Source of the DNA: Octopus vulgaris
Lineage: Eukaryota
DNA: 64,000 bases
NCBI GenBank assembly: GCA_951406725.2
Contig: OX597824.1
Location: 45,570,001 to 45,634,000 of the forward strand
Direction of reading: 5' to 3'
In this document: piece by piece, positions 62,878 to 64,000 of the stretch
Position numbering within the stretch: position 1 is the stretch's first letter
How the letters are laid out: each line of letters opens with the position of its first letter
The notes under the pieces: model-generated
The model's database searches: none
What the model was told of the DNA's origin: nothing
What the model saw: only the letters and a program-made list of their open reading frames with translations
Position numbers and translations under genes: made by a program

Positions 62878-64000
62878 TAGCATTATCGCCCGGCGTTGCT
62901 CGGGTTGTAAGGGAAATAACTATATAAGCATTTTTAGAGAGTTATAGCCAAAAAATAGCAAAAAAATGCATTAAAAATTGAAAAAAACTTAAGGTAAATT
63001 TTTTTTTAAATCGTTGACACATTGTAGATATTTTTAGAGAGTTACTTCCCTTATATAAAAGCGAAAAAAATGCATTCAAATGGAAAAATATGATGGTAAA
63101 TTTTTTTTAAATCGTAGACTCATCGTAGACGCACGCTAATACCCAGAAGGGCTCGATATGAATCACGACTATAAGATACCCGCTTTTGGTTAAACTGCAC
63201 CGCAAAATGTGGGAGTAGTTAGGAATCTAAATCGTAGGAGACAGACACACAACTTCACTCTTATATAAAGATGCTTTTTTTTTCAGTCATAGAGTTAGAT
63301 TTATGAAGGTCTTCAGTAGAAAATCCTTCGAATTCTGACTCGCTGCTTGATATAATGAAATTCGTATCCATTTTTTGTCAGAATTACAAATTTTGAAAAC
63401 ACAATAGGAAATGAGTAAAATAAAAACCAATTTACCTTTTCTGTCCGTCCGTGTGTCTTTGCAAATGTGTTGGAATGATAAGTGAGTTGTGATTTGGCGC
63501 CTTTTTTACTAATAACAAACACACACATGTTTGTATGTAGTTGTATGTGTATGTAGTTGTATATGTATGTGTATGCGTGTGTGTGAGGAATGACACACAC
63601 ACACTCACGCACGCACACATGTACATCAATGCTTTCGGAGTGATATGTTAAAATATTGAGTTTTCTCGAATTTTGTCTTAATTGGTGGTAAAATTGAAAG
63701 AAATTTTTTATGGCATCACCCACTGAAGTACTCTGAAAAATCTTAGGTAAACTCTAATTGAAGAAATTGTGTATTTACTTGTTTCTGTTTGCTGTGTTAT
63801 TTTATTTTTTGAGTAGTGGTTTAAATACTTTCACTTTAGTCTTCCTCAAATCACTCTGTCGCTATTTACTTTCATTTTATTCGTCGCACACTGTGTGTGT
63901 GCGTTTGCGTGTGGTGTAAACCAGACTAAGAAAAGCATTTGACACACACACCAGAATGTGAGTTTTCTGTAAATTTTGCTTAATTGGAGTTAAAATTTTA
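62877..64000 (-). mobile_element. Composite Helitron, tandem unit 2 (runs off window)
   Basis: Repeat of unit 1 with few substitutions, a ~277-bp deletion and a ~20-bp deletion. Confidence 0.85.

Overview
AT-rich, microsatellite-laden animal genomic DNA. The repeat families look like those of Octopus (coleoid cephalopod); this comes from pattern recognition, not a database search. The only confidently recognised host coding sequence is the first coding exon of SRP9 (49126-49197, +, GTAAGT donor). It sits back-to-back with a probable first exon of a large minus-strand gene (YY1-type motif at ~48.8 kb, exon ending ATGTG|GTAAGT at 48311), inside a ~6 kb island where CpG is retained. Everything else is best read as intron filled with mobile DNA: several tRNA-derived SINE families, RTE LINEs of at least four kinds, an RNase H-bearing I-group LINE end, a CR1-like relic, Gypsy pol relics, Penelope-like pieces, a complete Tc1 copy, mariner and Tigger pieces, TTAA (piggyBac-type) MITEs and non-autonomous Helitrons. 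Most notable: (1) RTE LINEs with a C4HC3 PHD finger inserted inside the reverse-transcriptase domain, in two distinct subfamilies and four copies; (2) a minimal hammerhead ribozyme fold near a Penelope GIY-YIG relic; (3) a full-length DD36E Tc1 element; (4) a twin-priming-like inverted RTE; (5) nested and tandem insertions with readable junctions. Almost all ORFs in the supplied track are microsatellite or antisense artefacts.
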